A stretch of DNA of 63,249 bases, the filler included, from Sphacelaria rigidula (Eukaryota), in the NCBI GenBank assembly GCA_964200075.2. It is 3 parts of 3 records of this genome, joined end to end, with 100 filler letters (N's around TTAATTAATTAA, not from the genome) between each part and the next. Parts side by side here need not be neighbours in the genome. Positions count along the whole stretch, not along the records: positions 1 to 21,022 come from CAXNAA020000472.1; positions 21,123 to 42,137 come from CAXNAA020000473.1; 1 more part is not named here. The stretch is one strand, 5' to 3'. This document shows, piece by piece, positions 12,426 through 26,043 of the stretch (position 1 is the stretch's first letter; each line of letters opens with the position of its first letter). Under the pieces are notes generated by a model. It did no database searches. It saw only the letters and a list, made by a program, of their open reading frames with translations, and had not been told where the DNA came from. A program made the translations under genes and the position numbers.

Positions 12426-14959
12426 CTAAAAGTGTGGTGGAAGATGACAGAGAGGAAGGGGAAAAAAAACACCAACAGAGAATTCCGGGGGTGAGATTGT
12501 CTTGTTGGCGTTCCTTTGGTCAGCGCGTGTACATCATCATACGAAGTCAACACTTTCGAACCTCGCAATACTTTCCTCAGCGTTTGGAGTTCCGCATGTG
12601 TTGCGTGTGAAAAAATAAAAGGGAATGTTTGGAAGCGTCAACTTGATGAGATGCATACCCTGACAAACGTTAGGCTGGAAAACAATGATAAGAAAAAAAC
12701 GCGTCGCCAAAACTATCCGAGAGCATTGGTATGATCCGTACTGGCGGTGCTGCGGTTCGCCGGAATAGCGGTGAGCGTTGCGCTGCAAAACTGATTGTGC
12801 TGAGGAACTCACGTAATTTTGAGATATAAAAATTCGGTTTTTGACGTGTTGGACGTGATGCTGTAAACAACGACGACGTATCCGTAACTTGCGCCCGCTT
12901 TCAGGTACGTGACCCCATCCTTGACGTCCAGGAGCTCGTTCGATCGTGACGTATATTATGCGTAGCTTGTTCAATTTGGACGCACGCACGTCGACCTATG
13001 ATTTAATAAAACTGTTCCGAAGGTGCTCAGGGCAGGGCAGGGTAGGGTAGGGTACACAATGACCGTAGATACTCGGGTTCACTGAACATTTCATACGTTG
13101 ATACTCCATATGTTCCGGGATTTTCACTAGTTGCGGCAGTCGACATCTTGCGTACCCAGGAGCGATAGGTACTCGTTTTTCCTACGTTCTGACTCCTCCC
13201 CTTCATCCGGATGAGTCTGTAGTCTCAAGGGATCAATCCATTTCAATGTACCCTGAAAACCCACCGCACCACAGGGTACGTACACTATCCTGAGCATGTT
13301 TGAAATGTGTCCATTCTGCCAGTTTTACGAGATACCAGAATGCATCCGGCCCATGACCACCTGCATGCGTGAGCATATTTGAGCTATTTCGAGTTTTCCG
13401 GTCTCATGAGATGCCAGGATGGATCCCGGTCCATGACCACCTGCATGCGGCAGATATCGTCCCCCCACATGTTCCCCAGAATTTCCTCGTCGAGAGGATC
13501 TACCGTCACCTCGGGTCAATGTCTATTCCCTTTACCGTAGAGTCGTCATACTCCGCGTATAGGCGAGGACAACCCTTCGCCCACCACCATCGCCAGTCTA
13601 CTCGTCTTCTCTCCTCCCTCTCAACGGAGGCCTCGTCTAGCTCCACACACATACAAACCTTTACCACAACAAGCACATAGCATCTGCCCTGTGGCTGACC
13701 GTCCGTGACGCACGAGGTTATCCTCGATACCATCCAAGGGCGGTAACCTCATACACCTCATACGTGCTACGAGTCCACCTCGATGGACGTGCGTAGTCGC
13801 TTCAACCCGTGACAGGAATTAATTCATCGTCGCGCCGTGCGTCACGATGACGACTCTGTATGAGAACTAGGTGTTGTACTGCAGCCTTCAACCCAGCGCT
13901 GCTTGAGCAGTATCCTGGACAAAACGGGCAGGCTGGTGACGCGTCAGCGAAACCCGTACATACGTACCGCGACATCGACGAAAGCCGACGTACTGTAGCA
14001 GTGCAAGTTGATCCACAGCTTCAGAAACATCGCGCGGATCCAGTACCGATAAGATACGGCGAACCGACAAGATACGGCGAACCGATACGATACGTCGTAC
14101 CGTATATAAAAGTTGGCGTCGATATCGCCAGTTTGCCGGTACCAGCCGCAAAGTACGAACAGATGATAGCCCATGTGCGATCGAACATGTAGCTTGTATC
14201 GAACGTGAAATTGGCATCGACATCGCCGGTTACCGCTACCCACTATAAAGTGCGATAAGCAGGTCATGATTCAATGGATAATCTCGTACGTACGATCGAC
14301 TTGCGCCATCGCGGCTCGGGCTTGGCCCTCGCCTCGCACGTAGAGGCACAACCTCGAATGTTCTCGCGATGCATCGTCGTGGCCGCTATGTCGGGGAAAT
14401 ATAATCACACTCTCCCAATGCACACAAGCCCAAAAACATAACCTGCAGAAACGGGGCTCATTTGACAGCCGCAAAAAAAATGCATGAAACACCTGCAAGG
14501 AAACAACACAGTTCAGCATCCCCAATTGTTTTCCTCGTGGTGGCGAAACGCGCCTGTACTTATAGGTCTTCATATCCACCCAACGGGTTCTGACGGCGCC
14601 GCTAGTCCCAAGCTTCATTTTTTCATACTAATCGCTGTAGAAAGAATGAGACCAGCTCTTATAAGATCCGTTCAAAATCAGAATCGCGCTCAATTTTAGA
14701 CCAAATGTGCAAGCCGCATCTTATGGGACAAGATCAGTGACAATTTTGAACGAAGGTGACCCCAACGATTTTGGACATTGGTTAGCGGGCGGGTGTCTGA
14801 TCAAAATGGGCAACAATTTGAACCCTCGACCAATATTGAGGAGCGTTCCAAAATCTAGTAGAGAATCAAACTATGGCAAATGTCACGTTTTACCCTACTG
14901 CAGCACAAACACACTAAAGCCCCCTTTCATGTGTTGTAGCTGTGACTGTACTGTCGTGT

Positions 14960-15490
14960 GTTCAGACCTGGCGAATAAGGTTTGGTCTCCGCGGAATTGC
15001 CTGAGCTGCTGCACTATTTTGTGTTCCGTCTATACAGAATAAGTAGAGTCAGCACGCAGTGCTGTATCGTCGAAGTTAAAAATACCGCGATGTGTCTGTT
15101 GCACGTGGCGTCTTGTGCAACGAACAGGGCCGTTCGTGCTCAGTCCACCATTCCCGTGATGTAGCTGTCACTGTAGAGGTGCGCTTTAACCCTGCTCGTG
15201 CGGTTTGATCTGCGCTCGGGATTGCCTGAACTGCTGTACTGTTGTTGAATTCCGGTCGGTACGAAAGTTGTAGCTGACACGCAGTCCTCTCCATACTCTG
15301 TTGAAAGCGCCATGGTACGTTGGTTGTTGGCTCTTCTGTGAAACGAACAAAAAGCTTCGTGCCCACAATCGTTTCTATGCTGCAGCTGCCTTGCCGTACG
15401 TTTGACTCCTGCGAGGACGGTTTGATCTACGGTGGTCATTGCCCGAGTTGCTGTACTGCTGCTGTGTACTGGTCTATACAGAATTGGGGT
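14960..15490. repeat. Three diverged direct repeats
   Basis: GGTTTG.TCT.CG...ATTGCC.GA.(C/T)TGCTG.ACT core near 14979, 15202 and 15419. Confidence 0.65.
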
Positions 15491-15774
15491 GGGATCACAG
15501 TGCCTACGCAAAGTGGGAAAAACCACGTAGTGGTTATGCACGTGATGTGTCCTCTTTGGGCCCTGTTGCCTAGGTGCAAAACTCGTAATTTCCGATTTTG
15601 TGCCGTAAGACATGTTTGAGCGACCCGAAGGGCTACCAGGTGTGTAGTGAGTTATCTGGCGTTCCTCAATGTCGGGAAGGGCTGCAAGAGCCACAGGTAC
15701 CGGTCAGGCGATCCGTGATGGCGTTATGTTTAAGGCAGGATTCACTTAGCATGCACGGAAAATTCTGTCTGAAA

Positions 15775-16180
15775 ACGCGAGATCGTTTTTTGCATGCAGT
15801 AGGAGATAAAAGCTGCTTGGAAGACACAAGAAACCTCACTAAATCATCTAGCCTGCACATAGATATATCGAGTGGCGCCAGTCTCGCACTGTGGGCCGAG
15901 ATCAGCTGTTGGGAATTGATCGATGAAGAGGTACCCGGTCAGTATAAAATGACGGTGACAGGAGCGTGTTGAACTCAGGATCTGCGGCAGGTTCGGTGTT
16001 CCTTCCGTCGTCTGAACGCGTAGCACATGTTTTTCGCGTGCTGTACGAGGCAACAGCTGCGAAAACAAAACTGGAGAATTCACCAAATCATCTCGCCTAC
16101 ACAGGCGCATCGAGTGGCGCGAGATTCGCACTATGAGCTTAGGTCAGCATTTGAGTGATAGTTGATCAAGAGGTGACCTA
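15775..16180. repeat. Diverged ~245-bp tandem duplication
   Basis: TCAC.AAATCATCT.GCCT.CACA...ATCGAGTGGCGC.AG..TCGCACT near 15836 and 16080. Confidence 0.7.
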
Positions 16181-16429
16181 TATCAATATAACGACGCACC
16201 TTTTTTCTTTTCCCATTTTCGCTGACAAGACCCAATCTCTTACCGGAGTTTGGGAGTTTTCAACAGTACGGAGGGCAAAAGAAGGAAACAAAATAGGGAT
16301 GAGACGAACAATATACAATACTATACTTCCCATTACATGCTCCAGGTTTCGGCGAAACAGTATAACGTTTTCCTGTTCGTTCACCCGATGAATCGTTTGT
16401 TTGTTTTTCTTCTAGAAAAACGACAGATA

Positions 16430-16534
16430 ACGACGACGGCGACGGCGACGGGAACGATGATTATGATGACCGTAATGACGACGAGACGACGAGACGACGA
16501 GACGACGAGACGACGAGACGACAACAGCAACAGC

Positions 16535-16596
<62 letters not shown>

Positions 16597-16597
16597 C
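16430..16597. repeat. Compound microsatellite (GAC/GACGA variants, then (CAA)n)
   Basis: Directly visible. Confidence 0.95.
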
Positions 16598-16759
16598 CGC
16601 CTACAGGCAACAACCGCCTACAGGCAACAACCGGTTCTCGATAACACTCACATCCCGAATGGCCTCCAGAAAGGCAATCGTGGCCTCTCGAAAGCCCGGC
16701 GGCAGCTCCGAAATGCCTTCCATGTCTGCGGCATTTTCGCACTTTTCCGGAACCAGCAT

Positions 16760-17570
16760 GTCCTTCACTTGGTCATACGGTATACACGCCGGCCGAATGC
16801 AGTACCACTTCATAGAGTGCCTTTTTTATGTGTCATAATACGGTAGACATGATGAAGGCGGTAGTTAGTTGTCAAATGTTCGAATTCGAGTTCGAGAGCG
16901 GTTCCGGGTTAGGGTTGGGTTTGGGCTACGGCTCGGGTTAGATTCCGGGTTCTGAACGGGTTTGGGAACGGGTTCGGGTTTGAGTTCGCGCTTCCGGCAC
17001 CACCCTGAGATTTACTTGCTCACCGGTGGATAAGCCGGCTGAATGCAGTACCACTTCAGGGGTGCCTTTTTCGTGCCATAATACGACAAACACAGTAAAG
17101 GCGGTTATCAGGTTCGGATTCCGAGGTCGGTTTCCGAGTTTGGGCTTCCACTTGATCATACGGTACACACCCCGGTCGAATGCACATAGGGTGCCTTTTT
17201 GTCGTGCCATACCACGATACAAGAAATAAACGCTGCAGGGAGTTGGCTAGATTTCGAGTTCGAGAGCGGGTTCGAGTTCGGGGTGGATTTCGAGTTCCGG
17301 TTCAAGTTCAAGTTCCAGTTCCAGTTTGGGAAGGGGTGACAAAAGCGGAGTCGGGATCGCCCTCGGGTTTCGAACGTGGGGCTTGATTTCGAGCTTCCGT
17401 TACCCAGCATTCGTTAGACTTTTTGGTGCCCGGAACGGAGTTCAAGTCCGAGTTCAGGTTCGGGTTTGGGTTCGGGTGGAGTTCATCCAGAGTTCGACTT
17501 CGAGTCTAGGCGGATAGGATTCGGGTAGGGTCCAGGCATGTTTCAGTTGCGGGTGCAGCTTCGGGTTATA
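16760..17570 (+). repeat. Array of ~85-bp conserved units separated by degenerate telomere-like hexamer tracts
   Basis: Units CCGG..GAATGCA...GTGCCTTTTT...GTG.CATA at about 16764, 17012 and 17147; spacers of GGGTTA/GGGTTC/GAGTTC. Confidence 0.75.
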
Positions 17571-17579
17571 GAAATAGTC

Positions 17580-17930
17580 TACCAGTGATACAATTACGCG
17601 ACAGCCTGCCGATTGGGTGTCTGCGACGGGGAGTTGCAAGCGTGTACTCTTTTTTATTTTATTTGCTCTGTACGTTCCTCTTGTTTTCCTTTTTTCTTGC
17701 TTTAGGTCGGCCATTTCTTTCTGTGCTTTGCTTGTGTTGACATTTTATTACTCTTTTTGTCACGACTCTCTTTTTTTCTTTTCCTGTTGCTATTTTTTCT
17801 GTTTCTGTTCTTTTCTTTTCTTTTCCCTTAGAGCGTGTTTGAGTTTCGTTTTTCTTGGGTACGTCCATCATGAGACCACGGCTGGACCCCGAGGAGGTCA
17901 GTTGAAGCGGGACAATCATCATCAATCACT
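17580..17930 (+). mobile_element. LINE family A 3' end with T-rich 3' UTR
   Basis: T-rich tract followed by GAGACCACGGCTGGACCCCGAGGAGGTCAG...CATCAATCA. Confidence 0.7.
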
Positions 17931-20900
17931 CTTGTCGCTCCAAGTTTTTGCTGTCATACTCCACCCCGCCCCATTCCCTCAAAGTGAATTCATTGCCTCA
18001 AAGTATCACCCATATCACCCCCTGCGCCTGCCTGACAATATACCACGCACTTGCCGCCGTCCATGACTGCAGTGGGATCCGCGCCCCCCGCCCCTCCCCC
18101 AGTCTATTCTCGTTGAATATTCCTTGTGCTACTCAGCTTGTCACGTTTTCAACGACGAACGCCAGAGCCTGCTCGAATTGACCACCAGGTTTGTCGGGTT
18201 TCACACCCGCAAGGCTCCTTCCCTACTAATTATGACTACTATTGGTGCGCCAATAAGACAACCGGCACGTTGTGTGCTCTGCATGTTTTCATGTGAAAGC
18301 AATATCTTGTCACAACAAAAATTCATACGAGTACCTACCAGCTCAAAGCTCCTTGATCTTGAACCGTCATTGCCCAACCCTGTCCGGGCTAACGTCATAC
18401 TTCTACCTTGACTGGCGAGGTCCACAGCCGCCCCCCACCACCGTCACGTCAGTCTATTTCTCGCCCCAGTCCTGCCTCACACCAAGACTATATGAATCCA
18501 AATCAGATCCACCAGACGCGTAAGTTCTTGTGCGTCCCTTTAACCCCCACCGAGCGAGAAGCTATTTGCTTGTGCACCCAGAGCCCTCAAAAGCATTATC
18601 CGAGGGCCTCTCAATAGCATTGGCGTCGACACACATACACACGTACGGTCACAGTCTTGCATCGACCAGTCCCGGCACGTTCTATCTTCGCGAGAGCACC
18701 CGCTTCTGGCTTTGACTTTTGACTGCCCAGAGTAATCCTCACGCACTGAACGCAGTTTTCCAAGTTTCCGTGATATAAATCAGATTCTTCGTATGCTGTC
18801 TCGTGCCATGCTTCGCGCTGACATGTCGTTTGCAGTTAGAGTCATCTTGTCACATACCGTTGGCATCAACATAGCGTCAAAAACAGCGGAAAAATTCACC
18901 ACCCTGAGGTGTTGTTCAGAGAGCGGGTGGTATCTAATGTACGGGTGTCACATATTGCCTTGCTGCTGCCTAGCAGTGAAGATCACCCCAAGGGTTCACA
19001 TACATACTGAAATCAACTCAAGAGTTGGCTTTTTCAACGTCAGTTTCGTTTTTTTGTTACGAATTTTCGAATCTGGAAGAATCATATCATAAAAAGTTCG
19101 ACCTCTGCAGGAAGGTCTATGTGCCGGATCTTCATTTGCGGGTACAACTATACAAGAAGGGTTCTCCCCAACCCAGTTCCCCAAGTTAATTGGTTGAACA
19201 TCAAACTGTAAGCCTAACTGTAACCCAAGCCCCAACCCGCAGGGCTCTCTGTGGATACAAGTGGATGAAGAGGCTTCTCCTCAATCTAGCTGCCCGAATC
19301 CATGCTTGATAATACTCTAGATTTTGTCATAAAAACCCTGAGGCTTACCCTAATACCAACCCCGATACGAGACAAACCGAGAACCCTCGGGCAAGGGGGG
19401 TACATATAATGCCCTGGACAAAAGTTGGCGCTAGCAGAAGTCAAAGAGCAAGTCGACGTCGCCAAACGCGTACTGAGTACGCTGGGCGGGCCCTTGGAAC
19501 TGCGAGACTCATACAGATTCGAATATAATATTTCACACTGAGCGAAGTATCATGATTTTCTCTCAATTGCATACTTGGAGACCCGGGTTCGGGGGAGCTG
19601 CACTGAACTGGGTTATCGGACATTCGGTTCGTTGCATATGATCCAGTCCATGGATCGCACCTCTGGGTGATGACTTTTCGGCGATTTTGGGCACCACGCC
19701 GCACCCTGGTGGTTACACTGGCATATCGCTCGCCAGTTTGGGCCGAGCAGTAGTAGTTGGATTCGAATTCCCATAGCACTTCAGTAATGCTTCATGTTCA
19801 TGGTTTTCAATTGAGACCACGTGAATAGAACGACGAAAAGGCAACATGGGATGTACCCCACCCGTGGGTTTTGGGACAAAATGGGGATAGCGAACTTTTT
19901 GCTGCGGGGAGCAAGCACTGCACATCGGCTGGGTACCTCTAGAACATATTCTAGGGTCTCAGACCCGCGCTCAAGGTCCTTGGGCAGTATGTCCAACCTT
20001 TGCCTTTGTTTTTGGCACACGGAAACACGTGGAAAAGGTGAGCTTGTTAAGTCACCCTTATTGTGTCAATAAACCCGCGGGGTATACCTCCCCGTCAACT
20101 TAAAAACAACATAATTCCCCCGTCCCATTTTGTTCACTGACATAACCTCATTCTGGTCAGTTGTGATACTCCTGCGGACTGCGCAGAGGACACCCCGAAC
20201 ACCCTCCATTTTGTCAACCTACACCTTCCCGAAAGGGCTGAAAAGCCTGATGAGCGAGAAATTGTGGGCTGCTGCTGCTCACTCCGCAGACCCCAAATAG
20301 CCGACGATGTGTGAAGGGTGTGAACAATTCTGCTGCGGGCACATCGCGAAGATCCGAGGATGCGTGAGAAGTATTGCCGCCACACGCGTGCACAACGACA
20401 TCATGATGCCACCACGTAAGTTACCATACCCTACCGGGGGGAGATACATGAGTTGATTTCTTTACCCTATGCACTCATCCCGGAGGAGGGAAAATGCTAC
20501 CGTCAAGATTGTGACGAAAAGAAAGGTGGGGGGATGCATTTATTATGTCTGCCTTCCCAAATACCACCCGAATGGTGTCAAGTTTCCGGGTTCCGGGGTC
20601 CAAAAGGTCATCACCCAGAGGTCGACTATACCGCCACCTGCGGGTACACGGCGCGGTGTTGCATTTTGTGCAACTGCTACGTCATTGTGAACGAGACCAG
20701 TAAGTTCGTGCTAGAGAGGTTTCACGTCTGGAGTATAGCCCAGTTTCGTTCGGTTACGACCAACAAATAAATACCGGAAGTGAACGATGATGACACTCAA
20801 GAGGTGGTATATACACTTGAGAGTGGACGGATCAGGGCACGGTGTTAAATGCAGTAACACAGTGCAGTGGCCGTCCCACGACGATGAGATCCTCAAAACT

Positions 20901-21499
20901 GCCGGGTCCCAGGACAGTGCGGTCAACATCACTTGTTACAAGTCGAATCGGCTGTGCTCATACTCAGCAAGAGTGCGGTTATAACAGCCAATCATCTATG
21001 TTGAGGATGGTGCTTTTGATTGNNNNNNNNNNNNNNNNNNNNNNNNNNNNNNNNNNNNNNNNNNNNTTAATTAATTAANNNNNNNNNNNNNNNNNNNNNN
21101 NNNNNNNNNNNNNNNNNNNNNNGCCGAAAACAAAGCCTAGGGATTGATTCGTACGAGTCGAATCAATTATACCAAAACCAAGTAGTTTCTAGACGAATCA
21201 TTATTTGTCCGACCCTCGCAAGGTTCTGTTGCGCTAGATTGGCATAATGTGTTCAGCTTGTCCAGTCGCGTTTCAAGTGAGAGTTGGATCAAGCACGTCA
21301 TGCTTTGAGGAAGGTGTTACTTCTACGAAGGCGATGGACAATGGAAAACACGTGGATCCTCATCAAGTTTTGTCGGTATTGTTCATTCGAAAGCGTAACT
21401 GTCCACTTCAAATCGTATTCTCTGATTCATTTACGGTAGCACGTAGTTTGTTCTCTTCACGTTCTGACCTCCACATGGATAACTATCGTTCTCACACAG

Positions 21500-21588
21500 A
21501 TAGGATTCGGCACGTCAGGACGTCCGCCGTTGCAGGAAGGGGGAGCGGAGGCTCCCGGGCCGGGAGCATATCAACTGAAGTCAACCAT
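21500..21588 (+). CDS. SHIPPO/ODF3-like PGP-repeat protein, exon (first confident exon)
   Basis: CAG|IGFGTSGRPPLQEGGAEAPGPGAYQLKST|GTATGC. Upstream exons are uncertain (candidates near 20288-20415, 20862-20972, 21290-21366). Confidence 0.85.
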
Positions 21589-21974
21589 GTATGCACTGGT
21601 GTAAATATGCAACTAGAGCTGTAGGTGGGGGGGTAGAGGACATTGAGAAGAGATTTCCGCTTTTAACGGTGGACGTCAGTACGTTCTGTGGCTCCGTGAT
21701 CTGGCCGGTAGTGCAGTAAGGAGCATCACAGGACGACGTGTGACTGTCGAGCATAGACCGCCGTGCCCCACCGTGTCTCCGCCATTGGGTGACAAGTTAT
21801 CGGCGTTACGTCGGTTTTCCCCTCCATGTTTAGGCACTCAAGCGAGTACATGCTCTCTTTGATTCTGGAGAATGCACAATATACCTTACAAGACAGGGCC
21901 ATTTTCGAATCATCATTTGAACCCTTCTAACCAGATCCCATTGCCGGGCAATACCTCCCCTCGACAATTATCAG

Positions 21975-22059
21975 GTTCGTATACCCCAGCAGCGTTATCC
22001 GTTCCCCGCCAAGCTATACAATGCGAGGACGTGAAAAATTCGGCTCGCCGGATCTGAAA
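21975..22059 (+). CDS. SHIPPO/ODF3-like protein, exon
   Basis: (M)FVYPSSVIRSPPSYTMRGREKFGSPDLK|GTGAGA; phase matches neighbouring exons. Confidence 0.85.
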
Positions 22060-22430
22060 GTGAGAGCAAGTGCGTCCGTGGTTTGTGCCGCATGCTTTTT
22101 GTCTACAGGATGACCGATGTAGTCAAGATGGGATACGAACCGAGTTTTATCCGGTGATTGACGAAATCCAAGCGCTCCAATTAACGACCTCTCTTCGTGT
22201 GAGTAAACTTGGCAGCGACCGAGGGGTCATTGCTAAGGACGCAACGAAGTCGAGAACGAAGACACGCTACCTTCGTGCCGCTGCATGAGGTTTGCACGTC
22301 TTTATGACCCGCGATCGTGGCCTTTTAGCGGCGATATTTTGCTACATCGTCCCGACCTGCAACAGACACCTGGATACAACTATTTTCGTCCCGAGTCATT
22401 TTTGTTATTGCCATTACCGCCGTCTAACAG

Positions 22431-22517
22431 GCTATCGATCGAACTTGCCAAATGGAGCCTGGGCCAGGGCACTACAAGATAGCCATCGTCAACCCCCAAG
22501 AGGACCACGCGCCCAAG
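22431..22517 (+). CDS. SHIPPO/ODF3-like protein, exon
   Basis: AIDRTCQMEPGPGHYKIAIVNPQEDHAPK|GTACAG. Confidence 0.88.
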
Positions 22518-23135
22518 GTACAGCATGATACGTTGGCAGGTAGAACTTTGATTAGGTGTGTGATCAATGGCGCCGACCAACAGTTTGGACTCCCACCAAG
22601 ACCCATTCGTTCTGAGAAGCAGACGAAGCTCCGTATCATACGGGAACATGATCGAGAGACAATTCGTATTACTCACGTAATATGTCTATTGAATGATGGC
22701 TAATTCCTACATCGAACACTAGATGAACTTATCCATTCGATCTATCGGCCACGTAAAGTTGTGGCGATGACCACCTGCAATGCTCTTAGTTTGCAGATTG
22801 ATAGAGTCCGGAAGCGTAGCTGCATAAAAATCTAGATACATCAAGCACCCACCATCGACCGGCCCCCTTTCCCCGCCCATGCATTGGTAGAGAAAACTGC
22901 GGCATTTATCATCGCGAGTAGGGGAGAATAGTGTTCGTGGCACGCGGTTTCCCTGTTGGCCACAAAACTCTGCCGGAAGATCTTGACTGAAGTACTACTC
23001 TGACAGATTGCCCTGGGTTCGAATCGCCTCGCTAGGGGCGTACAACTCCCCGCACTCCTCAGGGAGTGAAAGTGCCATTGCATGTGCACTGAGCAAACCT
23101 TCCGCATTCGTCCCATACGCCACTGACGCCTACAG

Positions 23136-23234
23136 TACACATTTCCGAAGGATGTAGGTCCCACGGCTAGAGAAAAGGGACACCGAGCGCCGGGGCCGGG
23201 GCACTACAACATACCGACAGGGGTCGGGAAGCAG
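23136..23234 (+). CDS. SHIPPO/ODF3-like protein, exon
   Basis: YTFPKDVGPTAREKGHRAPGPGHYNIPTGVGKQ|GTGCAT. Confidence 0.9.
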
Positions 23235-24714
23235 GTGCATGTTCCTTCGAGGACAATTTTACCACTATTGCATTTCCGTCTGACACATTTAGAACCCAGC
23301 AACTATCAGATTGACCACTACCCGCTTCGTCCGGGTACGGGTACACTCCCGACAAAAAACGGTTTCTGCCACAGAGTTTCTCCCTGTTAATACAAAGACA
23401 TGTCAAGATGATGGCAGGACGCCAAGATGATATACGTATCGAGTGATGCCGCGGTAGCCCATCCCCAAATCAGCCTCAAACCTGTCACGAAAAAATTGAC
23501 CATGCAGCGCATACAGTCGGTTTCAGACTGCATGAAGCGCGTCATATACGGGTGGCATCGGTTAAAACGATCACAGGCGTAGAAGTTTCCAGCTGCTTGG
23601 TGTGCTCAGCTTTTGTAATAATGATTTGCATGTAGATTTTGCCTCCTCAAGCCACCCGCTTTTCTGGGGGAGGCTGTCGCAGCATCTCGCTGTCATGTGC
23701 CAAAGGGGATGCATATTTGACAGAGAAAGCTTCATAGGCGAGACGACGTGATAAACACGCGGCCGACAGAACAGTATTCGGATGTTGACCTGCTATATTG
23801 CAAGAACCAGGCTTTCACGTTTTTGTGGTAAGTTTTATTGTTAATTCAAAACAAGATACGATATTTTTGGCAAGAAGATATTGCAAAATGTTTACGCGTG
23901 TCTTGTGTCATGCGACAAGTTAAGTGTTCCGAATATCGTCCCATCGGCCACCTACCTACGTCTTGCATGTTTACCTGTGCTGTCCCTTCTGACGGTAGCA
24001 TGATGTGGATATATTCGTGTATAGTGGTGTTCATGTGGTTGTTGTCATGATAATGTTTGGCACTGTGTGAGTAGTTACAGTGGTATAGTTGCATTTATGG
24101 TTCGAGAAATCTCTACTTTATGTCGGGGTATCATAAATGTCGCTACATCATGTATAGCGCAAAGTTAGTGTATGCCTCAAGGGTCTGAATTTCCCGTGAG
24201 TTTAATTGCGATGGACTTTCGTTTCTTTGCATATACATATATATATATATATATGTGTATATGTATGTCGAGATAACACAACAATATCCACCCTGAGGGA
24301 GGACGACCCCGCAGCACATATATCAAAAGCTGATGTACAATATAATCATCTCAACATGACAATAGCCTCATCTCCACACGAATCCGCGAGTGCACCATCA
24401 AAATCGTGCGTCACGTATGATAGCACGCACGGTGTATGAAGTGAAAATAAAGCACAGCCCAAAGACCGCCCTTCTATCCCAGTCATCGACTGTATCTGCT
24501 CTGCCTTGCGACGCCGTCGATTTGGAGTACAGTATTCATTCATTCATAATCGGTTCGATTGAAAAGCTCACGTAGCTTGTAAACATTACTTCGGAGTGGC
24601 TAGAACAAGTGTCATTTTTGTTGCCAATGTACCCGACTGCATTCTGACATTATGCGTTCTCCCCTTAGTCATACAGTGCAAAACTCCCCCGCATCCCCCG
24701 ATCTGCATGCACAG

Positions 24715-24846
24715 GTTCTCTCGACGAAGCGCAGCCACAATGGGGTGGGGTTTGGGACCGGAAATCGGCCGGATCTGCTGGTTCAAAGCACGGCCGATGT
24801 TGGCCCCGGCGAGTACACTGTGCCGGGTGCGACGGGGGAGAGGCAG
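24715..24846 (+). CDS. SHIPPO/ODF3-like protein, exon
   Basis: VLSTKRSHNGVGFGTGNRPDLLVQSTADVGPGEYTVPGATGERQ|GTAAGA. Confidence 0.9.
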
Positions 24847-25486
24847 GTAAGACGACAAACACGAGCGTGAGGACCAGGGAGACAGATGGACACATGGACA
24901 CGAGAACTGAACACAGAGTTCGAAAGCTGGGCATGGTGACGGGCCAAAGTTACGAACAGCGGCACAAAAGAGCGCCTGAACATCGGAGTTCGTTGTGATG
25001 ACGGGCTGAGCGTACAGCAAGAGGAACAGTGTCAAATAGCGCGAGGGCTGCGGTTTGCTCCATGTTGGCCACGTCCTGGATGCATGTGTGTATAGTGCCA
25101 CTCACGATTAGTATGGTGGTACCAGTCAAGATACGTCTGATGTGCGTGTGTGCGTGATAATTTTACAGGCTAGGCTCGGTACCTACAAATGAATATAGAT
25201 TTGTGTTGATGGCTGTACTACGGTACATGTATATGGTTTTGCTACTACACTTCGAGGTATCATTTCATGCTAGGTTACGCTGGAAATCAGGAGTTGGCCT
25301 GCTTGAGAGCGCAAACATACCCGCAGGAAAGTCTGCTGTCAACATGAAATGTACGCGTGTCCACATTAACCAGCTCCTTTCACTCACGAGAACGCGTGAC
25401 CTCCGTGGTATCCGTTGTTCGGCTCCAAGCGTTTCATCCCAAATGTGTTCGCACCCGATTGGTCGTTTCCTTCGTTGCTTTCGAAG

Positions 25487-25570
25487 ATCGACTCGAGGAA
25501 GTGCAGCAACGGTGGGGCGAAATTTTCGAAGGCTCCAAGAATGGGGAAGCGCGGTAGTTTGGAAGACGTG
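25487..25570 (+). CDS. SHIPPO/ODF3-like protein, exon
   Basis: IDSRKCSNGGAKFSKAPRMGKRGSLEDV|GTGAGC. Confidence 0.85.
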
Positions 25571-25719
25571 GTGAGCGACCACTAAGCTCAGTCGATCAGA
25601 GCATCGTGGTGGATGTACTTCAACTGAGATATGCATTCAACTGGTATGGTACAAGGTGAAGTCCTAACACAATATACACCTGTACACCGCGTCACAAGAC
25701 CTCGTTTTTCCCTCATACA

Positions 25720-25835
25720 GGAGATTGGGTGAGTCTACCTTGTGACCAGAGCTGACGGGTTTGTAGCGGATCATTCGACTATTGTGAGACTGCGACTCAC
25801 TCGATCAATCACTCAATCAATCATTCAATCCATCA
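25720..25835 (+). mobile_element. LINE family A 3' end (intronic)
   Basis: CTACCTTGTGACCAGAGCTG...(TCAA)n tail. Confidence 0.55.
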
Positions 25836-26043
25836 AGGACAGTACCTCGCCACTATTAATGGGTGATGACCAGAAACAGTGCTGATGGTATTTCCGAGAA
25901 AATGCACCGCATATATCAAACAATCAGCGCTTCTGTAAACATTGCATGAAAACCTCTATTCTGCTCCCTTTTTTATGTGTCAAGAGGTGAGCTGAACGTG
26001 CTAGACGTCACTCTTTTTTTCTCAACACTGCCCGTCAATTCAG

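Noticed and set aside
16250..16846. 198-aa poly-Asn ORF and antisense poly-Cys/poly-Leu ORFs
   Set aside because: Produced by the microsatellite.
21023..21122. TTAATTAATTAA flanked by Ns (also at 42138-42237)
   Set aside because: Identical padded linker in both gaps; a scaffolding artefact, not biology.
21700..22300. Minus-strand AETRWG resembling the hAT transposase TRW motif
   Set aside because: The region is better explained as introns and exons of the + strand SHIPPO gene; no other hAT motifs line up.
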